Shown here in pieces: positions 37,486-46,939 of a stretch of DNA of 64,000 bases. The notes beneath the pieces are model-generated. The model searched no databases. It was not told where the DNA came from and saw only the letters and a list, made by a program, of their open reading frames with translations. The stretch's first letter is position 1. The number at the start of each line of letters is the position of its first letter. Source of the stretch: an uncultured Atopobium sp. (lineage in GTDB: Bacteria > Actinomycetota > Coriobacteriia > Coriobacteriales > Atopobiaceae); contig CALKRF010000155.1 in NCBI GenBank assembly GCA_937990665.1, positions 19,295 through 83,294 of the forward strand, given 5' to 3'. Both the position numbers and the translations under genes were made by a program.

Positions 37486-38652
37486 CTATAGTGAGTGAAT
37501 TGTAACACCCTTAACCACTCGATTAACCTGACCAGTTGGAGAAGGTGTGTCCGGTTTGTTATTGACACGAACTGAGTTCAAGAGTGCCACCACTTGAGCA
37601 ACCATTACAAAAGGCAGAGCCAAATAAGGTGCTGGTAGAGGCTCTGTAAATACTGGAAGACTAAACGTTCTTCCCGTAAAGTTTGTTGCCCCCTCTTGCT
37701 CAATACCAATGGTCAAAGCAGCAATCTGATCTCCCTTAATCTCGTCAAGAATATCCAGATCATATTGACGCGTATAAGGGTTATTGGAAACAAAATCAAA
37801 CACCAGGGTATGCTCGTCGACAAACGACTTTGGTCCGTGACGATATCCCATCGAGGAATCCCACGACGTTGCATTAATACCAGCTGCAAGCTCCAAAATC
37901 TTAAGCTGGGCCTCATGAGCAAGACCCACAAAAGGACCAGAACCCAAATAGGTAATGCGGTTGAAATCGCTCTTGAGCCACTCAGCAATCTCTTCTTCGC
38001 GCTCAATTACCTGTCTACCAAGCTCAGCAGCATCAGAAATCCAAGCCTTCTTCTGTGAATCATCAGCACTGTCAAATACAAGAGTTGCAAGAAGTGTCAT
38101 ACAGCTATAAGAGCCGGTCATGGCAAAGCCCTGGTCATTTGCACCAGGAATAAGCAGGAGCAGTGTGTCGTCTTTACCTGCGGACTCAACGGCAAGTTTT
38201 CCCTCAGGAGCGCAGGTAATATTGATGAGCAAAAGATTTTTGACAATCTTGCGAGCAATAGTTACTGCAGCAAGACTCTCTGGACTATTACCAGAGCGTG
38301 CAAAAGAAACCAGGACCGTTGGATCATCTGGATCAAGGCTGCCATAAGGATCAGAAACAATATCAGTAGTTGCAACAGACGCAAACTCAAAAGAGCCCTT
38401 CTCGCCATGAGAACGAAGATACGGAGTAATGGTATCACCTACATATGCCGAGGTACCTGCACCCGTAAAGACCACGCGGGTACGACGACCCTCGCCAAGA
38501 TTGCGAGCGCGCTCGACAAACTCTTTAATTGCAGAAAGGTTCTCCTGATAAATGCCAAAGGTAGACTCCCAAAGCTCAGGCTGCTGCTTGATTTCGGCAG
38601 TTGTAATATGAGCGCCTAGTGCCTTTAGCTCTTCTTGGCTCATCTTAAACAT
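37486..38652 (-). CDS. agaS: SIS-domain sugar isomerase/deaminase (AgaS-type galactosamine-6-P isomerase)
   Basis: 388 aa with two SIS repeats (FTGAGTSAYVG, YLGSGPFVGLAHEAQLK), of AgaS length, and in the aga context. Confidence 0.8.
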   Translation of the reverse strand: MFKMSQEELKALGAHITTAEIKQQPELWESTFGIYQENLSAIKEFVERARNLGEGRRTRVVFTGAGTSAYVGDTITPYLRSHGEKGSFEFASVATTDIVSDPYGSLDPDDPTVLVSFARSGNSPESLAAVTIARKIVKNLLLINITCAPEGKLAVESAGKDDTLLLLIPGANDQGFAMTGSYSCMTLLATLVFDSADDSQKKAWISDAAELGRQVIEREEEIAEWLKSDFNRITYLGSGPFVGLAHEAQLKILELAAGINATSWDSSMGYRHGPKSFVDEHTLVFDFVSNNPYTRQYDLDILDEIKGDQIAALTIGIEQEGATNFTGRTFSLPVFTEPLPAPYLALPFVMVAQVVALLNSVRVNNKPDTPSPTGQVNRVVKGVTIHSL

Positions 38653-38674
38653 AGGTATCCCTTCTCACAGCTAT

Positions 38675-39403
38675 TTAACTGCGTGTATGTACAATTTTGT
38701 ATCTAAATTGATCTGCACGAGCCACACTCAAGGTGAACTCAACAATATTGTTTCTGTCGTTGTAGGTTGTGCGCGTAAGGCTCAAAACAGGTGAGCCCTC
38801 GGAAATTTGCAATAAAGTGGCGTCATCCGAGCGAGCAATTGAAGCCTTGAACTCCTCTTCTGCTACGCCAATCTTTACGTTGTAGTCTTCTTCAAAAATT
38901 TGGTAGAGAGATTTTTGCTCAACATCATGAGCAGTGAGCGAGAAAAACTGTGAAACTGGAAGGTAGGTAACTTCCAGCATCATGGGCACATTATCAGCGC
39001 TTCTTAAACGTTTGATACGGAAGAGTTTCTCGCCAAGAATAACGTGCATATGCTGGGCTAAGAACTTATTAGCCTCAATACTGTCAAACTCTAGAATAGT
39101 TGTCTTAGGAACGCGGCCCAACTGACGCTGCTGGTCAGTAAAGCTATAGCCGCCCATAAGGTCTGTTGCACGCTCAGAAACGTCTGCAACAAAGGTACCA
39201 CGGCCACGCTGGCGATAAATGAGCCCCATGTGTTCAAGCTCTTGCAGGGCAAGTCTTACCGTGGTGCGAGAAAGTCCATAGGAATCGGAGAGCTCACGCT
39301 CAGAAGGAAGTGGATCGTCTGGATCCATCTCGTTCTCAATACGATAGCGCAACATATTTGCGAGCTGCTCGTAGAGTGGTTGTCTTCCCATAAAGGACGT
39401 CAT
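38675..39403 (-). CDS. GntR/HutC-family transcriptional regulator (UTRA effector domain)
   Basis: N-terminal wHTH: PLPSERELSDSYGLSRTTVRLALQELEHMGLIYRQRGRGTFV. The C-terminus is UTRA-like. RBS AGGAGAG. Confidence 0.88.
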   Translation of the reverse strand: MTSFMGRQPLYEQLANMLRYRIENEMDPDDPLPSERELSDSYGLSRTTVRLALQELEHMGLIYRQRGRGTFVADVSERATDLMGGYSFTDQQRQLGRVPKTTILEFDSIEANKFLAQHMHVILGEKLFRIKRLRSADNVPMMLEVTYLPVSQFFSLTAHDVEQKSLYQIFEEDYNVKIGVAEEEFKASIARSDDATLLQISEGSPVLSLTRTTYNDRNNIVEFTLSVARADQFRYKIVHTRS

Positions 39404-39414
39404 TGAACTCTCCT

Positions 39415-39450
39415 ATAAAAAGACGGGTGCCCACAAAGTGGACACCCGTC
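39415..39450 (-). terminator. Strong rho-independent terminator between PTS IID and the GntR gene
   Basis: Minus-strand RNA reads GACGGGUGUCC-ACUUUGU-GGGCACCCGUC followed by UUUUUAU. The GntR RBS and ATG begin immediately after the U-run. Confidence 0.8.
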
Positions 39451-39458
39451 ACACTTAC

Positions 39459-40538
39459 TTAACCCCAAATATATGGGAGAACGCCAAAGCCAGAACCAAG
39501 AAGTGCAATTACCAGGAGTAGGCAGATGCACATAATTGGAGTCCAGTTACGCTTTGCCATGAGGTAGTACAGGCAAAGGGTAAGCGCCAGTGGGATAAGC
39601 TTTGGGCAAACGCCGTCGAGGATCTTCTGGATGTCAATGGAGACAGGAGAAGTGACTTCCTCGCCAACAGTTACCAGATTAACGCCGTTACCGACTGGAA
39701 CAATAGCAGTGGTGCCATCCTTACCGTCAGCAGTCTTGCCGCCGATGAACATAACGGACTTAGGATCCTTCTTGTAGTCAGCATAGGAACCCTTAGCAAA
39801 GAGAGCCTTGTCATACTGACCAGAAGCAAGCTGCTCATCAGAAAGAGTTACCTGAGAAAGAACAACGCTGTGTGTCTCACCGTTAGGGATGTTTGCGCCA
39901 GCGCCAAGCTTAGTTCCGCCGTAGCAGACAACAAGGCAGCCAACAACAAAGACACCCAGGATAGAAGCAGCACGAGTGAACTCTTTTGCGTTCTCGGTAA
40001 GCAGGGTAATTGCGTCAGTACCCATCTTGTAAGAAAGGTTCATCAGCCAATAACGTACAGCAAACTGTGCGATGTTAAAGATGATGAGGAACAAGAATGG
40101 TGCAAAGACGTTGCCGGAGATTGCCATATTAGAGGTAATACCAGCTGTAATTGGTACAAGAGTGAACCAGAACAGTGCGTCACCAATGCCGCCCAGAGGA
40201 CCCATTGCAGAAACGCGGACTGCACGAATGGTTGGGATATCCAGCTTGTTCTGCTCAAGGGAGAGAACAATACCCATAACAAAAGTAACCAAGAATGGGT
40301 GGGTATTGTAGAACTCAAGGTTGTGACTCATGGAAGCAGCAAGGTCATCCTTGTTGTCGCCGTGAATCTTCTCAAGACCTGGGAGGATACCGTAGAGCCA
40401 ACCAGCTGCCTGCATTCTCTCGTAGTTGAAGGAAGCCTGCAGGAACAGGGAACGCCATACCATCTTGTTGAGTGTCTTCTGATCAAGTGGCTCAGCAGGA
40501 GTGGTGTTCTGATAGGTATCAGGAATATTAAATGCCAT
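39459..40538 (-). CDS. PTS mannose/sorbose/GalNAc-family EIID with an enlarged extracytoplasmic loop
   Basis: 359 aa counted from the ATG at 40538 (after GGAGGTGA). EIID-AGA-like N-terminus: MVWRSLFLQASFNYERMQAAGW. There is a long hydrophilic insert at about aa 222-290. The ORF-track start 40577 lies inside IIC. Confidence 0.85.
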   Translation of the reverse strand: MAFNIPDTYQNTTPAEPLDQKTLNKMVWRSLFLQASFNYERMQAAGWLYGILPGLEKIHGDNKDDLAASMSHNLEFYNTHPFLVTFVMGIVLSLEQNKLDIPTIRAVRVSAMGPLGGIGDALFWFTLVPITAGITSNMAISGNVFAPFLFLIIFNIAQFAVRYWLMNLSYKMGTDAITLLTENAKEFTRAASILGVFVVGCLVVCYGGTKLGAGANIPNGETHSVVLSQVTLSDEQLASGQYDKALFAKGSYADYKKDPKSVMFIGGKTADGKDGTTAIVPVGNGVNLVTVGEEVTSPVSIDIQKILDGVCPKLIPLALTLCLYYLMAKRNWTPIMCICLLLVIALLGSGFGVLPYIWG

Positions 40539-41334
40539 CTTCGAAGTCACCTCCAGCAACAACAGCAGGAGCAGCATTCTTCATCTTGGTCTGGAGCTGG
40601 TAATCCCAGAATGCGATACCAAAGCCGATGAGAGCAAGAAGCAGAAGTGCTGGACCAGAGAGCTCAGGAATGCTGATAAATACGATTGCAGCTGCAAAGC
40701 CCATGAGGAAGAAGCCCCAAAGCTCGCGAGAAACCATAACCTTCAGCAGGATAGCAAAGCCGACGAAGCGCATCATGCCACCAGCGACGGACAGTGCATT
40801 CATGAGCCACTTTGGAATTGCAGTGGTGATCTGAGTTCCAAATGCAGCACCACCCAGGAAGAACAGGGTAACAATGACACCAAAGAAGAGACCAAGAGCA
40901 GCCATTGCGCCGTAGTTAATACGAGCAATTCCCTTAGGATCAGCCTTCTCGGCGTATGCATCAGCAGTTGCCATTACGGGGGACATAATGGTAAAGATGA
41001 TGGTTACTGCATACTGGCCAAGCAGGGAGAATGGAATTGCTGCAGCTACAGCGGCCATTGGCTCAAGCTTAGTAGTGATTGCAAAGACTGCAGACATAAT
41101 GCCGCCGATAACAGCGTTAGGTGGCTGAGCACCACCAACAGGCATGTTGCCGATGGTCATAAGCTGATAAGTACCACCAACAATGAGACCAGTCTGAACG
41201 TCACCAAGAATCAAACCAACCAAAAAACCAGTTACGATTGGCTGGTAAAGAGACTCGAGGAAACTAAACTGATCGATGCCAGCGATAAACGCAACGATGA
41301 AAATTAATAACACCTGAATAGGGCTAACATCCAT
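40528..41334 (-). CDS. PTS mannose/sorbose/GalNAc-family EIIC
   Basis: About 268 aa, polytopic. The ATG at 41334 follows AAAGGAGGAG. The stop overlaps the IID start by 11 nt. Confidence 0.85.
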   Translation of the reverse strand: MDVSPIQVLLIFIVAFIAGIDQFSFLESLYQPIVTGFLVGLILGDVQTGLIVGGTYQLMTIGNMPVGGAQPPNAVIGGIMSAVFAITTKLEPMAAVAAAIPFSLLGQYAVTIIFTIMSPVMATADAYAEKADPKGIARINYGAMAALGLFFGVIVTLFFLGGAAFGTQITTAIPKWLMNALSVAGGMMRFVGFAILLKVMVSRELWGFFLMGFAAAIVFISIPELSGPALLLLALIGFGIAFWDYQLQTKMKNAAPAVVAGGDFEDGI

Positions 41335-41472
41335 CTTAACTCCTCCTTTCAAACACACCATAACTACCGATGACGATGATCGGCAGACTATCCGAATGCC
41401 TTTGCCAACCTGCTAGAAACGTTGCACCATTGCAACTTTTTGTAATCTCTACCAGGAAGTTGCGCGCAAAAC

Positions 41473-41955
41473 TTACTCGAATAGCTTTGAGATATCCTCG
41501 ACCGGGGTCGTAGGAACACGCCTAATCTCTAGAGTCACCCCCAATTCCTGAAGCTCACGGAAGGCAGCGACGTCCTTATCGTCTACCGCCACACTTGTGG
41601 CGACCTGTCGCTTTCCCTCAGCCATGTGCATATTGCCGATGTTCACTTTTTTGATTGGAACACCGCCCTTAACCAGAGTGAGGACATCCTCTGGATTCTC
41701 GGCAACTAAGAAAATGTGCTGGCTTGCTGAAGCCTTGTGGATAACATCGATAGTTTTCTGGAGCGTAAAGTACCTGGTTGCAACACCGTTTGGTGCAGCC
41801 ATATCCATGAGGCCCTGACGCATCTTATTGCCTGCGACCTCGTCATTAGCAACAAGGATGAGATTTGTTCCAAGGGTACCGTTCCACTGAGTAGCAACCT
41901 GACCATGAATCAAACGATTATCGATTCGAGCAAGCTTGATATCTGGTTCTCCCAT
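41473..41955 (-). CDS. PTS mannose/sorbose-family EIIB
   Basis: N-terminal IKLARIDNRLIHGQV carries the phospho-His of PTS_IIB_man. The ATG at 41955 follows GAGAGGAG. Confidence 0.88.
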   Translation of the reverse strand: MGEPDIKLARIDNRLIHGQVATQWNGTLGTNLILVANDEVAGNKMRQGLMDMAAPNGVATRYFTLQKTIDVIHKASASQHIFLVAENPEDVLTLVKGGVPIKKVNIGNMHMAEGKRQVATSVAVDDKDVAAFRELQELGVTLEIRRVPTTPVEDISKLFE

Positions 41956-42050
41956 AACAAGTTCTCCTCTCTTTGCGCGCACACTTGTGCGTGCTATCTG
42001 CGATTTTCATCGCACTACTCGCAACTTGCGCTGCGTGTTTTACTGCAAAT

Positions 42051-42341
42051 TTATTTATTGTTGGAAACGCTGATTAACGCCCAACGATCCAACGTGATGA
42101 CCACATTTGGAGCAAACTCAACATCTACTGTTTCTTTTTTGACGTTTTTAACTACGCCATACATTCCGCTGTTAGTCTTAACTTTCTGACCTGCATGAAG
42201 ATTCTTCAGAAACTCTGAAGTTGTTCCCGCCTTTTTAGAAGAGGCTCTCCAAACAAAGAAGGAATAAACAAGGCCCAAAATTACCAAGAACGCGAGAAGA
42301 ACAATGGATGAAGCAAGAATGTTCTCTGCTAGATTTGCCAT
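42051..42341 (-). CDS. yajC: Preprotein translocase subunit YajC-like small membrane protein
   Basis: About 96 aa with one TM segment, then GQKVKTNSGMYGVVKNVKKETVDVEF (YajC pattern). The second ATG (42341) has better spacing from AAGGAG. Confidence 0.7.
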   Translation of the reverse strand: MANLAENILASSIVLLAFLVILGLVYSFFVWRASSKKAGTTSEFLKNLHAGQKVKTNSGMYGVVKNVKKETVDVEFAPNVVITLDRWALISVSNNK

Positions 42342-42374
42342 GTGCATCTCCTTAACTCAACAACAAAACGCTAC

Positions 42375-42815
42375 TTAAATACCATCGTCTCCGAAGATGT
42401 CATCTTCTGGCTCAACCTCAAGCTCAAGACGCTTATGGACAACTCCCTGGCTACCAGCTAAAACAGCAGTATCAACCAGCTCTTCAAGAGAGGTATCTGC
42501 CATGCGACTACCAAGTGTTTCAAGAAGCATAGGAAGGTTTGTACCGGTAACAACTTCTACATTTGAGTAATTCTGAGCAATAATCATTGCCTGATTAAAA
42601 GGTGTTCCGCCAAGCAGATCGCAGAAAACCAGCACACCGTCAGTAGTGTCAAGAAGATCGGAAATTGTTGCAGAAAGAGTTTCTGGGTATGTTGCAGCAC
42701 CGGCTTCAATAAAAGGAACGGGAACAAAAGCTTCTTGCTCACCAGCAATCATCTTTAAAGCATCAGCAAGTCCGTTTGCAAAAGTTCCATGACCAGTTAA
42801 AACGCAACCTACCAT
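42375..42815 (-). CDS. PTS mannose/sorbose-family EIIA
   Basis: 146 aa. N-terminal GCVLTGHGTFANGL carries the phospho-His context of EIIA-man. RBS AAAGGAG. Confidence 0.85.
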   Translation of the reverse strand: MVGCVLTGHGTFANGLADALKMIAGEQEAFVPVPFIEAGAATYPETLSATISDLLDTTDGVLVFCDLLGGTPFNQAMIIAQNYSNVEVVTGTNLPMLLETLGSRMADTSLEELVDTAVLAGSQGVVHKRLELEVEPEDDIFGDDGI

Positions 42816-43106
42816 GTCAAACTCCTTTCAAAGAGTTGGAAACTATCTGGAAAGCTACACGGAAAACTAGGGGTGTTGAAGCTTCTCTCTAAGTGGTAGA
42901 TACCAGATAACAACCTAGCATAAGTATAGTCTAGTGAGCACCTTGTGATGTGTACGTTAACAATCGGCGGCTTAACGGTATTATTTTTACCGTAAACGGT
43001 ACACACGTTGTTATTTTCGCAGGTAGATATATGGATAAATTGTGACGATGCACTAAAAATTTAGAGCTATTCTTGAAAAATTAGAAGTTCTTATAACGTG
43101 CCTTTA

Positions 43107-43121
43107 TACGTAATAAACGTA
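43107..43121. promoter_or_regulatory. Perfect palindrome TACGT-AATAA-ACGTA in the divergent aga control region (candidate operator)
   Basis: Seen directly. It lies between the PTS IIA start (42815) and the kinase start (43352). Other symmetric motifs nearby are ACGGTA-N7-TACCGT (42975-42993) and TGGTAT twice, 21 bp apart (43168 and 43189). Confidence 0.25.
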
Positions 43122-43351
43122 GTAAACAACCCTAAAATCCTGCTCAAATACGGCGAGAAAATAAAATTGGTATTAAGAAATTATGTACTGGTATCTTTTT
43201 TTAGAACATCTAAAGAAAAGTTTCTTGAAGGTGCTTTGGTTAAATAGATTCAACTTAATTCCATTTGCAGTGACAAAGATTCATAGTGTTTCTCGCCCCT
43301 GCTATTCTCTAGGCACTCATCGTGCACTGTCTTTTTGACGAGGTGATATGC

Positions 43352-44287
43352 GTGATTGTTACCGTAACACTCAATGCATCCATTGATAAGGCGTACTATC
43401 TAGATTCTCCTGTTGTAGATGGAACCGTGCATAGAGTCTCGGTAGTAGATAACAGCGCAGGTGGCAAGGGTCTTAACGCCTCACGAGCCATTACAACCCT
43501 TAACTACCCCGTTTGTGCCACAGGATTTGTAGGTGGAAATAACGGTAGATACCTTGTTGAACTGGCACATAAAGATGGTATTACCAGTGATTTTATTTAT
43601 ACCGAGCAAGAAACCCGCTCATGCATCAACATTCTGGAGCCAAGCGGACAATCAACTGAATTTTTAGAGCCTGGTCAGCCCGTTCTTCCTGAAGAATTCC
43701 TTGCCTTCAAGGCAAAACTTGTGCAGCTTATCAAAGAAGCTGAGGTTGTCACCTTTAACGGCAGTATTCCAAAAGGCATTTCTGCTGCTAATTACAAAGA
43801 GCTTATTGAAGAGACTATGGCTGCTGGTGTGCCTTGCATTGTAGATGCCTCGGGCGCACTACTCACCTCCTGCATTGATGCTCTTCCTACCATGATCAAA
43901 CCAAATACCGATGAAATCGGACAACTTCTAGGGAGAGAAGTAACTACAGAAAACGAGGTCATCGCAGCAGCTCAGGAGCTGCATAAACGCGGCATTAAAA
44001 TTGTAGTTGTCTCGCTTGGTGCAAAAGGTGCACTAATGGTTTCTGATGAAGGAACCTTTAGGGCAAATCCTCCAAAAATCGAGGCTATCAATCCTGTTGG
44101 TGCGGGAGACACCCTTGTTGGCTCATTTGCTGTTGCGCTTGCTCAGAAAAAGCCAACTTCAGAGTGTCTTACCTTTGCGCTGTCTTGCGCTACCGCAAGT
44201 TGTCTTTCTGCAGGTACCGGACGCTTTGATCAAGCTGTTGCAGCAGAAATTCATAAACAGGTGGCAATCAAAAAGATTGCTGATTAA
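43352..44287 (+). CDS. PfkB-family sugar-phosphate kinase (tagatose-6-phosphate kinase / 1-phosphofructokinase type)
   Basis: IVTVTLNASIDKAY, GGKGLNASRA, NPVGAGDT. The GTG at 43352 follows GAGGTGA (the ORF-track GTG is at 43322). Confidence 0.8.
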   Translation: MIVTVTLNASIDKAYYLDSPVVDGTVHRVSVVDNSAGGKGLNASRAITTLNYPVCATGFVGGNNGRYLVELAHKDGITSDFIYTEQETRSCINILEPSGQSTEFLEPGQPVLPEEFLAFKAKLVQLIKEAEVVTFNGSIPKGISAANYKELIEETMAAGVPCIVDASGALLTSCIDALPTMIKPNTDEIGQLLGREVTTENEVIAAAQELHKRGIKIVVVSLGAKGALMVSDEGTFRANPPKIEAINPVGAGDTLVGSFAVALAQKKPTSECLTFALSCATASCLSAGTGRFDQAVAAEIHKQVAIKKIAD

Positions 44288-44422
44288 GTCACCGCAAGAC
44301 GGGTTTCTCACCAAAGGTTACAAAGACAAAACGATTTCTAGAAAAGTTGCATAACAGAGTAAGAGAAACGTTACAATTTTTTCAGTCAATCAAAGAGCCC
44401 ATTAGGGCGAAAGGAGCAATAG

Positions 44423-45274
44423 ATGTTCGTTACTACTAAGCAGATGCTTCTTGACGCACAGGCTGGCCATTACGCTGTTGGCGCCTTTAACGTTGAGAAC
44501 CTTGAGTTTGTAATGGCTGTTGTTAAGGCAGCAGAAGAGCGCCGCTCCCCTGTTATTCTTCAGACCACTCCTGGCACCATCAAGTACGCAAGCCTTGATT
44601 ACTTTGCTGCCATGGTTCGTTGTGCTGCTGAAGAGGCAACTGTTCCTGTTGCTCTTCACCTTGATCACGGTGACGGCTTTGACCGCTGCATTCAGGCAGC
44701 TCGTGCTGGTTACACTTCCGTCATGATTGACGGCTCTCACGTTCCTTTTGAGGACAATATTGCCCTTACCGCATCCGTAACCAAGTTTGCTGGCCCTATC
44801 AACCTTCCTGTTGAGGCTGAGCTTGGCAAAGTTGGCGGCAAAGAGGACGACGGCCCAGCTGTTGAGGGCGAGAACCCCTACACTGATCCAGACCAGGCTG
44901 AGGAGTTTGTCGCTCGCACTAACTGCACTTCTCTTGCGGTTGGCGTTGGCACCGCTCACGGCGTTTACCACGGCACACCTCACATTGAGCAGGGCGTCCT
45001 CAAGGCAATCCGTCAGCGCCTTGATATTCCTCTGGTTCTTCACGGTACTTCTGGCGTTCCAGATGACCAGGTAGCAGAGGCAATTCAGAACGGTATTTGC
45101 AAGGTTAACTACGCAACCGAGCTCCGCCAGGTCTTTACCGCAGCCTTTATGAAGTACATGTCAGAAAACCCTGGCAACTTTGATCCAAAGAAGCCTTCCG
45201 TTCCTGGTATGGAAGCAATCACTCAGATTGTTGCAAGCCACATGGATAACCTGGGTTCTTCCCACAAGGCTTAA
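44423..45274 (+). CDS. kbaY: Class II ketose-bisphosphate aldolase (tagatose-1,6-bisphosphate aldolase type)
   Basis: 283 aa. GAFNVENLE, ALHLDHG, MIDGSH, LVLHGTSG. RBS AAAGGAG. The symbol is assigned from context only. Confidence 0.8.
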   Translation: MFVTTKQMLLDAQAGHYAVGAFNVENLEFVMAVVKAAEERRSPVILQTTPGTIKYASLDYFAAMVRCAAEEATVPVALHLDHGDGFDRCIQAARAGYTSVMIDGSHVPFEDNIALTASVTKFAGPINLPVEAELGKVGGKEDDGPAVEGENPYTDPDQAEEFVARTNCTSLAVGVGTAHGVYHGTPHIEQGVLKAIRQRLDIPLVLHGTSGVPDDQVAEAIQNGICKVNYATELRQVFTAAFMKYMSENPGNFDPKKPSVPGMEAITQIVASHMDNLGSSHKA

Positions 45275-45302
45275 GCTCTTGTAGACTTTGCACACCTTGC
45301 AG

Positions 45303-45347
45303 AAAAAATAAGGCGAGAAGATCGGTTGGTCTTCTCGCCTTTGTGTT
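45303..45347. terminator. Bidirectional terminator between the aldolase gene and ilvE
   Basis: AAGGCGAGAAG (45310-45320) pairs with CTTCTCGCCTT (45331-45341). It is flanked by an A-run upstream and TTGTGTT downstream. Confidence 0.75.
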
Positions 45348-45377
45348 AAAAGCAAAGCTCTGTGTGAACTGATTGCC

Positions 45378-46424
45378 TTAGCAAATCTTGCAAATCCAGT
45401 CTGCTTCTGGAGCCTCAATCTCACCAGACTGAATGCTGGTCAGCGTGTTGCGGAGCTTAGACATAACTGGTCCAACAGCCTCCATACCAGCGCCAAAGAC
45501 AATCTCTTTCTGGCCGTCAACAACTTTGCCAACAGGAGAAATAACAGCAGCAGTACCGCACATACCACACTCAACAAACTGGTCAAGCTCGTCAAAGCGG
45601 ACAGGACGTTCAATAACCTTCATACCAAGCAGGTCTTTAGCAACCGTTGCCAGAGAGCGACGAGTAATAGAAGGCAGAATGGAATCTGTATAAGACTGTG
45701 GAATAACCAGAGTTCCCTCTTTATCAACAAAGAGGAAGTTTGCGCCACTGGACTCCTCAACATAGGTACGAGAGCCAGAGTCAAGATACATACTGTCTGC
45801 AAAGCCCTGCTCATGTGCCCAGGTAGTTGGGTACAGAGACATAGCGTAGTTAAGGCCCGCCTTAATATTGCCGGTTCCGTGAGGAGCAGCACGGTCATAA
45901 GGAGAAACGGTCAGTGCAACAGGAGCAACGCCGTTGGAGTAATAAGCTCCAACTGGAGTGACCATAATGCGGAACTCATAGGTAGGAGATGGCTTAACAC
46001 CAACAGTATTGCCGGTACCGATCATAAATGGACGAACATACAGCGTAGCGCCCGTACCAAATGGCGGCACCCATGCTGCGTTTGCAGAAACAACCTCTTT
46101 AACAGCAGCGACAAATCTATCCTCAGGAAATGGTGGCATGACAAGGCGGGATGCAGAGTCAACCATACGCTGAGCATTGAGGTTAGGACGGAAGCAGACA
46201 ATATCGCCAGAAACCGTGGTGTAAGCTTTTAAACCCTCAAAAACTTCCTGGCAATAATGGAAGATGTTTGCGCACTCAGACAGTGTAATGCTGTGATCGG
46301 TGGTAAGTCCGCCCTCATCCCAAGCACCGTCTTTGTAGTGGGCAACGTAGCTGTAGTCACACTGCGTATATGCGAAGCCAAGCGCTGTCCAATCGATGTC
46401 TTTCTTCTCCACTGAGTTTGCCAT
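45378..46424 (-). CDS. ilvE: Branched-chain amino acid aminotransferase (class IV, long form)
   Basis: 348 aa. EGLKAY, YVRPF, GNIKAGLNY, CGTAAVISPV. Confidence 0.88.
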   Translation of the reverse strand: MANSVEKKDIDWTALGFAYTQCDYSYVAHYKDGAWDEGGLTTDHSITLSECANIFHYCQEVFEGLKAYTTVSGDIVCFRPNLNAQRMVDSASRLVMPPFPEDRFVAAVKEVVSANAAWVPPFGTGATLYVRPFMIGTGNTVGVKPSPTYEFRIMVTPVGAYYSNGVAPVALTVSPYDRAAPHGTGNIKAGLNYAMSLYPTTWAHEQGFADSMYLDSGSRTYVEESSGANFLFVDKEGTLVIPQSYTDSILPSITRRSLATVAKDLLGMKVIERPVRFDELDQFVECGMCGTAAVISPVGKVVDGQKEIVFGAGMEAVGPVMSKLRNTLTSIQSGEIEAPEADWICKIC

Positions 46425-46560
46425 AGCTTTCCTTTCTCCGTGGGTTATAAAGAATGAACTTCATCATAAACATGCGGATATGAATACCTAGTCCTATTAA
46501 ATAGTTTGTAACCGAATAGATATTTTGCGGTATAACGTACATGAGCTGAAGGGAGCAAAA

Positions 46561-46920
46561 ATGAATATCAAACTTAAGAGGACTTACGATGCGCCAGAAG
46601 CTGACGATGGGTATCGCGTGCTGGTAGATAGACTGTGGCCTCGTGGTATCAAAAAAGAGAACCTACACGCTGATGAATGGGCTAAAACCATTGCTCCTAC
46701 TACTGAGTGCAGAAAAGCATTCAACCACGATCCAGAGCGCTTTGATAGCTTTGTGTCTACCTATACAGCTGAACTTGACAGCAATCCTGACGCAGAAGCC
46801 TTTGTTGAACAGCTTAAAAAGCTTGATCAATCTACCGTGACACTGCTTTTCTCGGACAAAGACACTACGTACAACAACGCAGTAGTACTCAAAAAGTGGC
46901 TTGAGACTAAGCTTAAGTAA
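46561..46920 (+). CDS. DUF488 family protein
   Basis: MNIKLKRTYDAPEADDGYRVLVDRLWPRGIKKE matches the typical DUF488 N-terminus. The ATG at 46561 follows GGGAGCAAAA. Confidence 0.7.
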   Translation: MNIKLKRTYDAPEADDGYRVLVDRLWPRGIKKENLHADEWAKTIAPTTECRKAFNHDPERFDSFVSTYTAELDSNPDAEAFVEQLKKLDQSTVTLLFSDKDTTYNNAVVLKKWLETKLK

Positions 46921-46939
46921 TACGCTTACCCAGCCACGC

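Noticed and set aside
42809-43006. A 65-aa ORF on the minus strand in the aga control region.
   Set aside because: It overlaps the IIA start codon, has no RBS, has odd composition (Cys/Phe/Tyr-rich) and lies in AT-rich promoter DNA. It is most likely spurious.
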